A program made the position numbers and the translations under genes. Positions 10,973 through 20,805 of a stretch of DNA of 64,000 bases are shown one piece after another. Source of the DNA: Candidatus Woesearchaeota archaeon (GTDB lineage: Archaea; Nanobdellota; Nanobdellia; Woesearchaeales; UBA11576); assembly GCA_016929255.1 (NCBI GenBank), contig JAFGJH010000029.1:375-64374 (forward strand). The letters are read 5' to 3'. The notes beneath the pieces are model-generated. The model had not been told where the DNA came from and made no database searches. It saw nothing but the letters and a program-made list of their open reading frames with translations. The stretch's first letter is position 1, and every line of letters begins with the position of its first letter.

Positions 10973-11158
10973 CTCTGTTCCGAATCTGAATCACCTCTCC
11001 AGAACCGTGTTTAAATAGTTTGTCAGGACATGTCCAGTGGAGCCGTGTCCAGTGTGATGCAAGCATAAAAAACAACACCCATTTATAAATCTTTTAGTTA
11101 CCGCCAGGTGATTACAGAAAGAAAAACTATATAAATAGGGCATCAGCGACCAGAAAAC

Positions 11159-12265
11159 ATGCAAGGAGAAATATCAGAAGCAGATATACTGCAAGACTGC
11201 TCTTATGAACGCATATTGAAGCATTTCTTTGGCGAAAAAGCGTTCGATAAAAGCAGAAAGGCACGAGAGAAGAGGCTGAAGCAGATAAAGAAAGGGCTTG
11301 TGGTGCCCGGTGAAGTGATGGGCGAATACCTCATCCACCGCATGAACCCTGGCTGCATAGAGAGGGCAAGGAAGAGCGGCAAGACAATCCCCTGCTTCAA
11401 CATCCTGGATGTCACCCACCTTCCCACAGAGGAGGACCGCGTACTCAAGACACCAAACCCAGCACTCATGATAGACAGACCTGACCTTGAGTTCTACCTG
11501 CAGAATGAGTGGAGGGTCCTGTCCAGGCTCAACCACAGGAACATAATCAAGGCATACAGGCCAATACAAAAGAGGAAGGTGCCATACCTTCCGCTCGAAT
11601 ACCTGCCATACCAGCTGCATGAGATAATAGGAAAAAGACCCGCCCTTGAGGGAATTGTATTCTTCGCCCTCGAGGCAGCTACAGCAATGCAGTGCCTGGA
11701 GCAGGAGGGGGTCGTCCACGGAGACATAAAACCGCAGCAGTTCATGGCAGGACATGACCCTGAGGACTTCAGGTACAGCGTCGTGAAACTACTTGACTTC
11801 GGCGCGGCAAGGCATCCGGACATCCCTCCCGTCGGCGTGATATACACCCCAGCATACCTTGCGCCAGAAACAAAGAGGGCAGTCGAGACAGCAGGCCTCA
11901 GCGACGAGGAGAAGGTAGCTGCCTTCACGCACAAGTCAGACATTTTCGCACTCGGTCTCAGCTATGCAAGGGTCGCGCTCTCATCAGAGATGGCCAGTGC
12001 AGAAGTAAGCATCCTGTTCGCAGAGCCGGGCAAGGCTGCAAAGATGACCGTCGAAGCGATGTACGACCACCACCTGCCATACCTGTTCAACAGGATAATC
12101 GAGATGATGATTGCAGAAGATCCTGACGAGAGGATAGATGCAGATGAGGTCGTGAGGAGGTTCCAGGATTTCATGCTCACCTTCAACCTGGGCCCGAAGA
12201 CAGTCATAAGCAAAAACCTCTATTCAGGGAAGGTCTTAAACAGGAGCACAGACCGGCCTTATTAA
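11159..12265 (+). CDS. eukaryotic-like Ser/Thr protein kinase (variant catalytic loop HGDIKPQQ)
   Basis: VVHGDIKPQQF catalytic loop, LLDFGAAR (DFG), YTPAYLAPE (APE), and IFALGL subdomain IX. Divergent twin TATA elements lie in the upstream gap shared with the helicase. Confidence 0.7.
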   Translation: MQGEISEADILQDCSYERILKHFFGEKAFDKSRKAREKRLKQIKKGLVVPGEVMGEYLIHRMNPGCIERARKSGKTIPCFNILDVTHLPTEEDRVLKTPNPALMIDRPDLEFYLQNEWRVLSRLNHRNIIKAYRPIQKRKVPYLPLEYLPYQLHEIIGKRPALEGIVFFALEAATAMQCLEQEGVVHGDIKPQQFMAGHDPEDFRYSVVKLLDFGAARHPDIPPVGVIYTPAYLAPETKRAVETAGLSDEEKVAAFTHKSDIFALGLSYARVALSSEMASAEVSILFAEPGKAAKMTVEAMYDHHLPYLFNRIIEMMIAEDPDERIDADEVVRRFQDFMLTFNLGPKTVISKNLYSGKVLNRSTDRPY

Positions 12266-12378
12266 AGCCCGCAACCTTTATAAACCACCTCTTTCTCCAA
12301 CAAAGATATGCCCTGAATAAGGGATCTGGCAACCAAGTTGCCGACGTGGCCTGCAAAGGCGATATCAGGTGAAAAATA

Positions 12379-12924
12379 ATGCCAACAATGTTTGATGTTC
12401 CAGTAAATGACCTCATAGAAGAGGTAGCCAAAGACCTCCAGAAGGCCAGTGAAATAAAGCCGCCCGCGTGGTCTGTATTTGTCAAGACAGGAGTGCACAA
12501 GCAGAGGCCTCCGAAAAGAGCAGACTGGTGGTATGTCCGCTGCGCATCAGTCCTGCGGAGCGTGAGGCTGCTAGGCCCGGTCGGCGTGCAGAAGCTCAGG
12601 ACAAAATACGGCGGCAGGAAGCAGAGAGGCCACAAGCCAGAACACTTCTACAAAGGATCAGGTAACATCCTGAGGAAAGCGCTTCAGCAGCTGGAAGCAG
12701 CAGGGCTCATCAAGTACGAGAAAGAAGGCGTACGAAAAGGAAGAATCATAACCCCTAAAGGGATATCGCTCATTGACAAGGCAGCTGTAAGGCTGTACAA
12801 GACCAAGAAAGCATTGACGCCAAAAACAGCATCTGCGGAGAAACCTGCACCCGCGCCAAAACCAGAAGCAGCCCAGGCAGCACCAGCAAAGGAAGTGCCG
12901 AAAGCTCCTGGTAATGAATCATAA
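12379..12924 (+). CDS. rps19e: ribosomal protein S19e with C-terminal Ala/Pro/Lys-rich extension
   Basis: [19 protein letters not shown] ... [31 protein letters not shown] is a strong match to S19e. AGGTGA Shine-Dalgarno sits 7 nt before the ATG and a TATA element at 12276-12284. The C-terminal tail is [35 protein letters not shown]. Confidence 0.9.
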   Translation: MPTMFDVPVNDLIEEVAKDLQKASEIKPPAWSVFVKTGVHKQRPPKRADWWYVRCASVLRSVRLLGPVGVQKLRTKYGGRKQRGHKPEHFYKGSGNILRKALQQLEAAGLIKYEKEGVRKGRIITPKGISLIDKAAVRLYKTKKALTPKTASAEKPAPAPKPEAAQAAPAKEVPKAPGNES

Positions 12925-12939
12925 TAATATAACTACAAA

Positions 12940-13113
12940 ATGGCAAGATACATACACAAGTCAAGGAAGCTGAGACTCGCAAAGCTCGGCAGACAGACAA
13001 AATGGGCACCATTCTGGACAGTCCCGAAGATATACGGCACAGGAAGAAGGGTGCACCCTGGAAGGCACACAGCAGTCAAGCGCACCTGGAGAAGGCACAA
13101 GACGAAAGCTTGA
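12940..13113 (+). CDS. rpl39e: ribosomal protein L39e (57 aa; below the ORF-track size cutoff)
   Basis: Translation MARYIHKSRKLRLAKLGRQTKWAPFWTVPKIYGTGRRVHPGRHTAVKRTWRRHKTKA fits the L39e pattern (KKLRLAK...R.P.W......R...P.RRHWRR.K). It sits between S19e and L31e, as in archaeal ribosomal clusters. Confidence 0.8.
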   Translation: MARYIHKSRKLRLAKLGRQTKWAPFWTVPKIYGTGRRVHPGRHTAVKRTWRRHKTKA

Positions 13114-13149
13114 ATAGACCGGAAAAAAGATAAAAAAATACTGATCAGC

Positions 13150-13644
13150 ATGGCCACGACCGAAAGGACATACACAATCCCGCTGCGGAAGGAATATATG
13201 AAGGCCCCTATGTACAGGAGGGCCAAGAAAGCGGTCAACGCAGTGAGGACATTCATGAAGAAGCACATGAAGTGCGAGACCATACTCATAGGCCCGAAGC
13301 TCAACCTAAAGATATGGGAGCACGGCATCAAGAACCCGCCCCACCGCGTCAAGGTCACAGCAGTCAAGGACGACAAGGAAGACACAGCAAGGGTAGAGCT
13401 CTTCGGATTCGAGTTCAAGCCGAAGGAGAAGAAAGAGAAGAAGGAGAAGAAGCCTGCCGGAATCGCGGGCAAGATACAGGAGAAGCTCGCACCGAAACAT
13501 GAAGAGGCACCGAAAGCGGAAGTGACGACAAAGAAGGACATAAAAGAAGTGAAGAAGGGCGTCGAGAAGAAAGAAGAGAAGAAGGAAAAGAAAGTAGAGG
13601 CTGCACCCAACAAGGAAGCGAAACCGAAAGAAGAAAAGGCGTAA
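13150..13644 (+). CDS. rpl31e: ribosomal protein L31e with about 85-aa lysine/glutamate-rich C-terminal extension
   Basis: TYTIPLRKEYMKAPMYRRAKKAVNAVRTFMKKHMK...IGPKLNLKIWEHGIKNPPHRVKV matches the L31e core. The tail is KPKEKKEKKEKKPAGIAGKIQEKLAPKHEEAPKAEVTTKKDIKEVKKGVEKKEEKKEKKVEAAPNKEAKPKEEKA. Confidence 0.85.
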   Translation: MATTERTYTIPLRKEYMKAPMYRRAKKAVNAVRTFMKKHMKCETILIGPKLNLKIWEHGIKNPPHRVKVTAVKDDKEDTARVELFGFEFKPKEKKEKKEKKPAGIAGKIQEKLAPKHEEAPKAEVTTKKDIKEVKKGVEKKEEKKEKKVEAAPNKEAKPKEEKA

Positions 13645-13686
13645 TCATATTTCTTTAAAATATTTTCATCCTGAGGCAGGAGAAGA

Positions 13687-14688
13687 ATGACCCAAGAACT
13701 GCCGTTCGAAAAGACCAAAAGAAAGATTCTAGTCAAGAAACAGTCAGAGACATCTGACAAGTACGGCTGCAGCCCTGAAGCGCGCAGCACAGAGCAGCTG
13801 CTCCAGCTCGGGATAATAAACATAGACAAACCTAAAGGCCCGACATCACACCAGGTATCAGCCTACGTGCAGAAGATACTCGGAGCCAAGAAAGGAGGGC
13901 ACAGCGGCACACTCGACCCAAAAGTAACTGGAGTCCTGCCCACAGCCATAGAGAAGGCTACAAGGATCGTCCAAGCGCTGCTGGTCGCAGGAAAGGAATA
14001 CATCTGCCTGATGCACCTGCACAAGGAAGTTCCTGAAGAGCAGATAATGAAGGTGATGAAGGAATTCACGGGCAAAATAACCCAGCTTCCCCCTCTTAAG
14101 TCAGCGGTGAAGAGGCAATGGAGGGAAAGAAGGGTCTATTACATAGAGATACTTGACATCGTCGGACAGGATGTGCTTTTTGTAATAGGCTGCCAGGCAG
14201 GCACGTACATAAGGAAAATATGCCATGACATAGGAAAGTCTCTCGGCACAGGGGCGCACATGGCAGAGCTCCGCAGGACAAAGGCAGGGCCTTTCAACGA
14301 GAGCACGCTCGCTACACTCCACGACCTGACCGACGCATACTGGTACTACAAGAACGAGGGCAACGACAGGCTGCTCAGGCATATTGTGCAGCCGGTGGAA
14401 AATGCTGTGAGCCACCTGCCGAAGGTGTGGGTGATGGACACGACAGTGGACACACTGTGCCATGGCGCAGACCTTGCAGTGCCTGGCATCGCCAAGCTGG
14501 AGAGCGGCATAGAGCCTGACCAGACAGTCGCTGTGATGACACTCAAGCAGGAACTGGCTGCACTGGGAACTGCAAAGATAAACTCCAATGACATGATGCG
14601 CAGGGACAGGGGAATAGCAGTCAAGACAAAGAAGGTATTCATGGATCCAGGCACGTACCCCAAGGTGCAGAAGAAAGAGCCCCAGTAA
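13687..14688 (+). CDS. cbf5: H/ACA RNP pseudouridine synthase Cbf5 (TruB family with PUA domain)
   Basis: GIINIDKPKGPTSHQVSAYVQKILGAKKGGHSGTLDPKVTGVLP (TruB motifs I/II with the catalytic Asp), a C-terminal PUA-like region, and GGAG Shine-Dalgarno upstream. Confidence 0.9.
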   Translation: MTQELPFEKTKRKILVKKQSETSDKYGCSPEARSTEQLLQLGIINIDKPKGPTSHQVSAYVQKILGAKKGGHSGTLDPKVTGVLPTAIEKATRIVQALLVAGKEYICLMHLHKEVPEEQIMKVMKEFTGKITQLPPLKSAVKRQWRERRVYYIEILDIVGQDVLFVIGCQAGTYIRKICHDIGKSLGTGAHMAELRRTKAGPFNESTLATLHDLTDAYWYYKNEGNDRLLRHIVQPVENAVSHLPKVWVMDTTVDTLCHGADLAVPGIAKLESGIEPDQTVAVMTLKQELAALGTAKINSNDMMRRDRGIAVKTKKVFMDPGTYPKVQKKEPQ

Positions 14689-14770
14689 ACCACCAACCAC
14701 ATTTTCATCATTTCTCAGTGGTTAAAAAACGAAAAATTTATAAATGACTGGTTTTCTTTTCCGGGATAAA

Positions 14771-15280
14771 ATGGGCCGAAGAATCAACAGATATCTGAGC
14801 GAGAAAGAAAAGAGAGAAAGAGAAAACAATGACTCCCTGCTAGACAGACAACCAGACAGACAACCCGGCGCGACCCTCCAAGGCATCGCTAAGGTATTGA
14901 CCTACACCGGCGCGGCGCTGCTGGTCGCAGGAGCAATAGCTGCAGAGTTGCTGACAGCATATGACACCCAAAACCCCCTTGACAGGTACACTCCCTGCAC
15001 ATACACGATCCAGAAAGGGGACACGCTGACAAGCATCTGCAGGAGCGAGGGATTCACAGGCAATGACCTCCAGCACTGCATCGACCAGCTCTGCAGGGAC
15101 AACAGGCACAACCAAATGCCGGACAGGGTCACGCCCGTATTCGACCCTCTAGCAGGTGAATGCAGTTCTATGAAAGCAGGCGGAAATATAATCTTCGTAG
15201 ACAGAAATGGTGACGGCAAAGTCAACGGGCAGGAATGCAGCAGGGATTACGCTTCAGAAGTCCTAAGGGTCACACAATAA
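14771..15280 (+). CDS. membrane-anchored LysM-domain protein with C-terminal DxNGDGKV calcium-binding-like loop
   Basis: One TM helix (VLTYTGAALLVAGAIAAELL); LysM signature YTIQKGDTLTSICRSEGF; DRNGDGKVNGQE EF-hand/dockerin-like loop. The ORF-track ATG at 14744 abuts a TATA box (tttataaATG), so the ATG at 14771 is the more likely start (leaderless). Confidence 0.5.
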   Translation: MGRRINRYLSEKEKRERENNDSLLDRQPDRQPGATLQGIAKVLTYTGAALLVAGAIAAELLTAYDTQNPLDRYTPCTYTIQKGDTLTSICRSEGFTGNDLQHCIDQLCRDNRHNQMPDRVTPVFDPLAGECSSMKAGGNIIFVDRNGDGKVNGQECSRDYASEVLRVTQ

Positions 15281-15922
15281 TCAGTCAAGCTTTATCCCTT
15301 TTATGAAATCATAAGTCCGCGGCGCATCCTCACGCTTCAGCGTCTTCTTCAGGTGCTTGAGCTCTTCGACAGTGTCGACATCAGGCAGCTCGTCAAGGAG
15401 GACGAAAGTCATCCCCTTATCCTTGACTGCCCTCACCTGCTCGTCAAGAAGACGCTCTGTCCCGAAATGAAGCTCCTTGAAGAGGTCATGCGCCTTCTTC
15501 ATTCCGATAAGGTAATAGCCGCCATCCTCTGCAGGTCCGAGCACAACATCATAAGAAGACAGGGCATTGAATGCCTTGATTATCATCGCAGAAGGAAGGT
15601 CAGGGACATCACAGCCGATTATGACCACCTTCTCATAATCGTCAAGAAGGTCCTCGAAAGTACAGGACAGGTTCTCACCAAGGTTCATACCCCTCTGGAC
15701 GTAGAGGATAGCATGCGGAAACATGGTCCTGTACTGCTCCTTATGCTCATGGCCTATGAAGCTAAGATAAAGGTCATAGTCCCTGTCCTTGTTCTTATCG
15801 ATGATGTCTTTTATGAAAGACTCACAAAGCCTTGCAGAATTCTCCATGCCTATGACTCTGCCGATCTTCTTCTTGACTGTTCCCGCCTCCGGGAACTTGG
15901 CAAACAAGACAAGCGCATTCAT
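15281..15922 (-). CDS. DUF2064 (TIGR04282-like) nucleotidyltransferase/glycosyltransferase-fold protein
   Basis: N-terminal LVLFAKFPEAGTVKKKIG (AKxPxxGxVKTRL-like) and VVLGPAEDGGYYLIGMK (GPAxDGGYYLxG), both signatures of the DUF2064 family. Confidence 0.65.
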   Translation of the reverse strand: MNALVLFAKFPEAGTVKKKIGRVIGMENSARLCESFIKDIIDKNKDRDYDLYLSFIGHEHKEQYRTMFPHAILYVQRGMNLGENLSCTFEDLLDDYEKVVIIGCDVPDLPSAMIIKAFNALSSYDVVLGPAEDGGYYLIGMKKAHDLFKELHFGTERLLDEQVRAVKDKGMTFVLLDELPDVDTVEELKHLKKTLKREDAPRTYDFIKGIKLD

Positions 15923-16044
15923 TCTAGACCATAGGATGGATAATCAATAAATAAGCGATATAATATCAATATAACAAATATATAATGCATATGTTCATCT
16001 TGTTTTTAAAGCTTTTCACTGTATTTAAAATAAATACGCAAGAA

Positions 16045-16668
16045 CTAAACATCCACACCCGAATTTCTCAGCTTTTGCCTCAGAAGCTCCGCATCCTTGA
16101 ACAATATCCCATTCATGCCTGCAGCCTCAGCCCCCTGCACATTCTTCTCCTTGTTGTCGATGAAGATGCAGTCTATCGGCCTCAGGCCGAGACGCTCTGC
16201 AGCGATAATATAGATATCCTTATCCGGCTTCTTGACATGCACATCGCAGGAGATGACCCATGCGTCAAAATAGCGGTCAAGGCCAAGGTCATCCCCCACA
16301 TAATCAGACCATTCAGAGGAATTGTTCGAGATGACTCCAACACCATACCTGCCAAGAGCCCTTATGTCCTTCACGACATCCAGCACATCCTCACTGACCT
16401 TGATAAAAGAGCATGACTTTGCGAGAATCTCCTCAGCATTCAGGCCGACACCAAGGTCGGACAACTGCCTCTGGAAGAACTCGACGCCACTCATCCTGCC
16501 AAGCTCATAATCAAGCCAGTACTGATTCCTGACCTCCTTCACTTTAGGATAAGGAACACCAGTAAGGCCCGAGATATAGCTCTCCATCAGAGGGAATAGG
16601 TCTGTGACCAGAACCCCTCCCAAATCAAAGAATATCGCCTTAATCACATCATCCACCACACAACACAC
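16045..16668 (-). CDS. HAD-superfamily hydrolase (subfamily IA-like)
   Basis: Motif I FFDLGGVLV, motif II GVISNNS, motif III/IV K...IFIDNKEKNVQGAEAAGMNGILF. Its start lies 2 nt after the PEPC stop, so the two are probably co-transcribed. Confidence 0.75.
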   Translation of the reverse strand: MCCVVDDVIKAIFFDLGGVLVTDLFPLMESYISGLTGVPYPKVKEVRNQYWLDYELGRMSGVEFFQRQLSDLGVGLNAEEILAKSCSFIKVSEDVLDVVKDIRALGRYGVGVISNNSSEWSDYVGDDLGLDRYFDAWVISCDVHVKKPDKDIYIIAAERLGLRPIDCIFIDNKEKNVQGAEAAGMNGILFKDAELLRQKLRNSGVDV

Positions 16669-16670
16669 CC

Positions 16671-18146
16671 TCAGCCGAGACAGCGCCGCAGCCTGGCAGC
16701 AGCGAGCAGGTCCTTGGAGAAGTCTTTTTTAGTCGACCAGAGATGGAACACATTAGATGTGTGGTTCCTGTGCAGAAAATCATCTGTAGAGGCAGGCCCA
16801 AGCGAACCGTCAGTGTAATCCTCCACAAGCTTCACATCATTAAGTATGGTCTCCCAGACCCTGCCTGTCTTCGCAAGGAAGCGCAGGTTCTCCTTGTTGA
16901 GCAAACGGCATGAAGTGACAAGATCCTGCTTTATGCCAGGATACATCCTTTCAAGATCCTTGACAAGACCCTCCTTTATGCACTCGACAATCGCCCTCCC
17001 TGCGCCGATGATTTCAGGAGGGATGCCGAGAGAGTAGAGCGAGAACGAGCGGTGTATCCTCTTGTCGATCACCTTGTTCAGGGAGCTCATCGCAGCAGGC
17101 ATCTCAGAAAAGCCAGGAAGGCTTTTCATAGTCTCCCTGAAATGCCTGGAGAATATTTTTTCCACCCTCGTCAGCATCTCAGACTCTTCCCTCGTATAAG
17201 ATAAGGCCTTGTTCCTGGGAAGCAACCTGTTGAGGGCAGAAACCGCCTCCTTCACCTCATCAATCTCGTAATCATACCTGAAAGCAGGGGTTATGGTCAC
17301 TGTCCGCGCGCCAGGATAAGTATCAACAAAATCCCTGAACGAACCTGGATTCAGACCACCCCTGAACATGAGGGGCCCAGCCTCTACAATCGGGTGAGAG
17401 ACCGTGCCTGTGATGCTCGAGAAAGAGGAATAGCTTGAAAGAACCCTCTTGGTCATCAGCACAGCAGCGACAAAACCCACCTTGTCAGCCACTTCTGAAC
17501 GGGGTATGAGCGGCCTGAAATAGTCCAACTTGCACCTGAAAGAAGACTGGAACCCTGAAAAATAGCTGTTCAGGAGGGAGTACCAGTTCTGCGAGCTGAA
17601 ATCATGCGTCGGGATTATAGAAATAAACTTCGGCCCGCAATCATGCCTGAGCTTCTCTGTCGCAATACCTACTGACTCATTGTAAATCCTTGCAAAACGC
17701 AGCAGGCCATCAGAAGAGGCTGAGGAGTGCACGACTTCAAAGATAGGCGGAGAGAACATCCTCTGCCCTGCAGCGAAATCATTGGAGCTGATTATGGACA
17801 TCGACATCCTGCCCATATCCTCCAGCCCATGCTCTCCTTCCACCCTAAAAGTCACAAAACAGCTCTTGCCTATAGGGTTATCCCTGAAGAATGCCTTGTA
17901 TATGTTGACAAGCTTCTTGATGAGCAGCTCATCCACCTTCCTGCCCTGCCAGTCCCAGAAGTATTCATGGCAGTCCAGCTCCTTGAAAGCGACATAGCAG
18001 TCAAAGAAATCATCTGAAGTCGATGTGTTCTCCTTGAAAGACCAGAATGGCCTCCTTGTATTATCAGGAAACTGGGTGGCAGTAGTTGAAGGCAGCTTCC
18101 TGCCGCCAGATACACCAACACCTTCTTTTGGCTCCTTGAGGGGCAT
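16671..18146 (-). CDS. ppcA: archaeal-type phosphoenolpyruvate carboxylase
   Basis: TATQFPDN (compare MSTQHPDN), FRYDYEIDEVKEAVSAL (compare FKYDYDYDKVKSAI), LYSLGIPPEIIGAGRAI (compare LYSIGIPPELIG), C-terminal AARLRRCLG (compare ALIRRSLG). The 491-aa length fits archaeal PEPC. Confidence 0.8.
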   Translation of the reverse strand: MPLKEPKEGVGVSGGRKLPSTTATQFPDNTRRPFWSFKENTSTSDDFFDCYVAFKELDCHEYFWDWQGRKVDELLIKKLVNIYKAFFRDNPIGKSCFVTFRVEGEHGLEDMGRMSMSIISSNDFAAGQRMFSPPIFEVVHSSASSDGLLRFARIYNESVGIATEKLRHDCGPKFISIIPTHDFSSQNWYSLLNSYFSGFQSSFRCKLDYFRPLIPRSEVADKVGFVAAVLMTKRVLSSYSSFSSITGTVSHPIVEAGPLMFRGGLNPGSFRDFVDTYPGARTVTITPAFRYDYEIDEVKEAVSALNRLLPRNKALSYTREESEMLTRVEKIFSRHFRETMKSLPGFSEMPAAMSSLNKVIDKRIHRSFSLYSLGIPPEIIGAGRAIVECIKEGLVKDLERMYPGIKQDLVTSCRLLNKENLRFLAKTGRVWETILNDVKLVEDYTDGSLGPASTDDFLHRNHTSNVFHLWSTKKDFSKDLLAAARLRRCLG

Positions 18147-18249
18147 GCCTGCACAAAGGCCTGGAGTGGTTTATATATTTTGTGAGAAATCCTGCAACAT
18201 AAAAAACAGCCGAACCGATTAACAGGCACACACCAGCAGGATGGCCTGC

Positions 18250-19416
18250 CTACATATCATCAAGAAAACGGTCTATCTGACTTTCCTGCCTTACCACCTC
18301 CCTCTTTGAGGGATCATACCCTTTCTTAAGAAGAGAATACTCTGCCTCTGCAACCTCTCCTATGAAGTGCAAGTTCAGCTGAGTGTTCGAGTTCCGGCGC
18401 CCAATCCGCAAGTGGTCAGGATTCACGGAGGCAGGCACCATCCCCTTGGCCTGCACCACATAACAGTTGAATATCCTCTGGATGAAACCCTGTTCATGCA
18501 CATACAAATATACTGACCCTGATTCAGGAAATATCCTCTCAACAAGCCGGATCACAGCATCATCATGCTCATACACCGACATCCGTCCAGCATAATCTCT
18601 ATAAAATTCATCGCATCTTGCAAAACGCCCCCCATTGCTTTCAGCAACGTCGCCTGCTATCCCCTCAAGCACAGAATGGTCGCCGCAGTCAACCAACAGG
18701 AACCTCTCGAGGATATACAGCTTGTCATACCAGATGTGGCTCACGCTGCTATACAAATCCTTCATCGTCCGCAATATGAGATTCTTGAGGTCATCTGACC
18801 TGTAGTGCCTGCCTTCAGCGTCATAACGCTTATCTATACCCCTCAGGTTCACCCTGCGCCTTACGCCAGGAACTCCAGAGAAATTCTCTACAGGAAGCGA
18901 AACAATCCCTTTCTTGACGAGCTGAGCACGGGTCTGTGCCAGCGATGCATCAAGATACTGCTGCATCATCACAGAAATGAATGATTCTCTGGGAGTTCTG
19001 ACAGCCTCATCCAATAGAGGATCTTCGCTGGTGGCGATGAAACCTCCATCCTCATGAACCAGGTAAGAATTTTTCAGCGGATTGAACAGGGGTGCGCTCT
19101 GACCACCTATCAGAACCACCTCATCGACCCGGGTTATGGTCTCTTTCCTTAAAGGGTCTACCCTGCTTTCTGAAAGCTCCCTGATATATGTCAACTCAAC
19201 TCCGAGAGGCTCGACAAAAATATGGATGCACTGCTCATCCCCCAACTCAGACGGTTCTTCCACAAGCTGGATGACCTGGTCAGGACTGCCTCCCCGCATC
19301 GAGTGGCACCGCCTCAGCACCCCTTCAAAATGCTTGACTGCCCTCAGAAGATCTGAGTCATAATGGATCCATGACCTGTCCACTTTCCCAGGGCGCGTAA
19401 TTTCAGACATGACCAT
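18250..19416 (-). CDS. hypothetical protein (about 388 aa)
   Basis: Long ORF with protein-like composition. A TATA element (aaatttatatatc) lies just upstream of the internal ATG at 19416 (MVMSEITRPGK), which suggests a leaderless start there rather than at 19476. No confident family assignment. Confidence 0.5.
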   Translation of the reverse strand: MVMSEITRPGKVDRSWIHYDSDLLRAVKHFEGVLRRCHSMRGGSPDQVIQLVEEPSELGDEQCIHIFVEPLGVELTYIRELSESRVDPLRKETITRVDEVVLIGGQSAPLFNPLKNSYLVHEDGGFIATSEDPLLDEAVRTPRESFISVMMQQYLDASLAQTRAQLVKKGIVSLPVENFSGVPGVRRRVNLRGIDKRYDAEGRHYRSDDLKNLILRTMKDLYSSVSHIWYDKLYILERFLLVDCGDHSVLEGIAGDVAESNGGRFARCDEFYRDYAGRMSVYEHDDAVIRLVERIFPESGSVYLYVHEQGFIQRIFNCYVVQAKGMVPASVNPDHLRIGRRNSNTQLNLHFIGEVAEAEYSLLKKGYDPSKREVVRQESQIDRFLDDM

Positions 19417-19671
19417 AAAATAGCTGCATAGAGATATATAAATTTTCTGTATTTTACATTTTAACAGTAGTAACACATTAAAAAGAGCAGTGCAGGCTCT
19501 GAAAAGAGGTGTTGAAAAAAAATAGTCATCAATATTTCGTTAAACAAGAAAAAAGTAATAAATATCCATATTTAGTAAAAAAATAAAACAAAAGATTTTT
19601 CAATTTGAAGCACATCATAATCCTGGATATGTTAAGAGTATAATCACCAAGTGTGTTGGGAGGTCAACAAA

Positions 19672-19959
19672 ATGACAAACAAATGCGAGACATACATCCT
19701 GAACAGGTCAGGCAAGTGGATACGTGAAGATGACTGGTTCTGGCCGACAGTTTCCGAAGACGAGAGACTTGACGAGGAAGATAATCTTGAAGGGGAGCTT
19801 TCTCTCGATGAAAGGAGAGCGATAGCAAATCCACTCTCAGGTGCTGCCCAGGGCATAGGCAACATAGCCGCAGAAATGTACCGGAGCGCAAGAGATTATG
19901 TGACCTGCGCAGACATCGTCGAGGAGGGCAACAGGCTCACCGACGGTTACAGCAGATAA
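19672..19959 (+). CDS. hypothetical small protein (95 aa)
   Basis: GGAGGT Shine-Dalgarno 6 nt upstream of the ATG at 19672 (MTNKCETYILNRSG...); a T-rich terminator follows. Confidence 0.5.
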   Translation: MTNKCETYILNRSGKWIREDDWFWPTVSEDERLDEEDNLEGELSLDERRAIANPLSGAAQGIGNIAAEMYRSARDYVTCADIVEEGNRLTDGYSR

Positions 19960-19978
19960 GATAATCACTATTCAATAC

Positions 19979-20006
19979 TTCTTTTATTTCTTTTTTTGTT
20001 TTTGTT
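19979..20006 (+). terminator. oligo-T terminator
   Basis: cttttatttctttttttgtttttgtt lies directly after the stop at 19959. Confidence 0.45.
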
Positions 20007-20043
20007 CAGCTAAACTCAGGCAGCACCTTATAATAACAAGAAG

Positions 20044-20367
20044 TCAAACGCCCAACAGCTTTCTCTCAAAGACCTCGCATCCCAGGAAGAACACGAGGAC
20101 ATAAAGGAAGCTGAACGACCAGAACTGGATGCTGTCGTTCGCGAGCACTGCACCGCCGAAGATGCCTGCGACTATGACAATCACAATAGACAGGAATGAG
20201 TACCTTCTCTCCAGCCTGAACATAGAAGAAAGGAATGCCAACAGGATCACGAGTATCACCCTAAAAAGGACTGTAAGACGCTCTGCTGTCATGAAAACCC
20301 CTAACAGGAGCATAAGCACGAAGAAAGTCACCCAATAAACAACCCGCTTGACGCTCTCCATCTCCAT
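20044..20367 (-). CDS. small integral membrane protein (3 predicted TM helices)
   Basis: Hydrophobic segments VVYWVTFFVLMLLLGVFM, VILVILLAFLSSMF, IVIVIVAGIFGGAVLA. Confidence 0.45.
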   Translation of the reverse strand: MEMESVKRVVYWVTFFVLMLLLGVFMTAERLTVLFRVILVILLAFLSSMFRLERRYSFLSIVIVIVAGIFGGAVLANDSIQFWSFSFLYVLVFFLGCEVFERKLLGV

Positions 20368-20805
20368 ACAGGAAATATTGATAATATCAAATAAAAACTT
20401 TTTTATCCCGTAAAAAACATCACAAAAAAAGACATTTGAGAAAAAATAACCAATTTAGTTTACAAAACACTTTCCACTCATAAAATAATCCTAATAATCG
20501 TAAAAAAATGCCGAACAAATTTTATTAATAAAGCGCGCGTAATATGCCTTATTGAAATGTGAGCCTGTATTGCACCATAGGTTCATGATGTTCAGGGACA
20601 CAATTGTCCCTGGCAAAAAATCCAGGCCTGGAAGCCCGCGTGCAACAATTTTCCTCCAAAGCTCCCCTTTGAATGGACAATTACAGGCGGCGGGTTTCCG
20701 GGCAAACTATGTTTACAGAATCACTGCAAAAGCATCCAGGTGTTGAAAAAGAGGAAGCATAACTAAAAAACAAAATTACCGAGCCACAACCGGAGGAGAT
20801 GTCAA

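Noticed and set aside
14744-14770. Upstream ATG (14744) as start of the LysM protein
   Set aside because: This ATG directly abuts the TATA box (tttataaATG), leaving no room for transcription initiation; the next in-frame ATG at 14771 fits a leaderless start.
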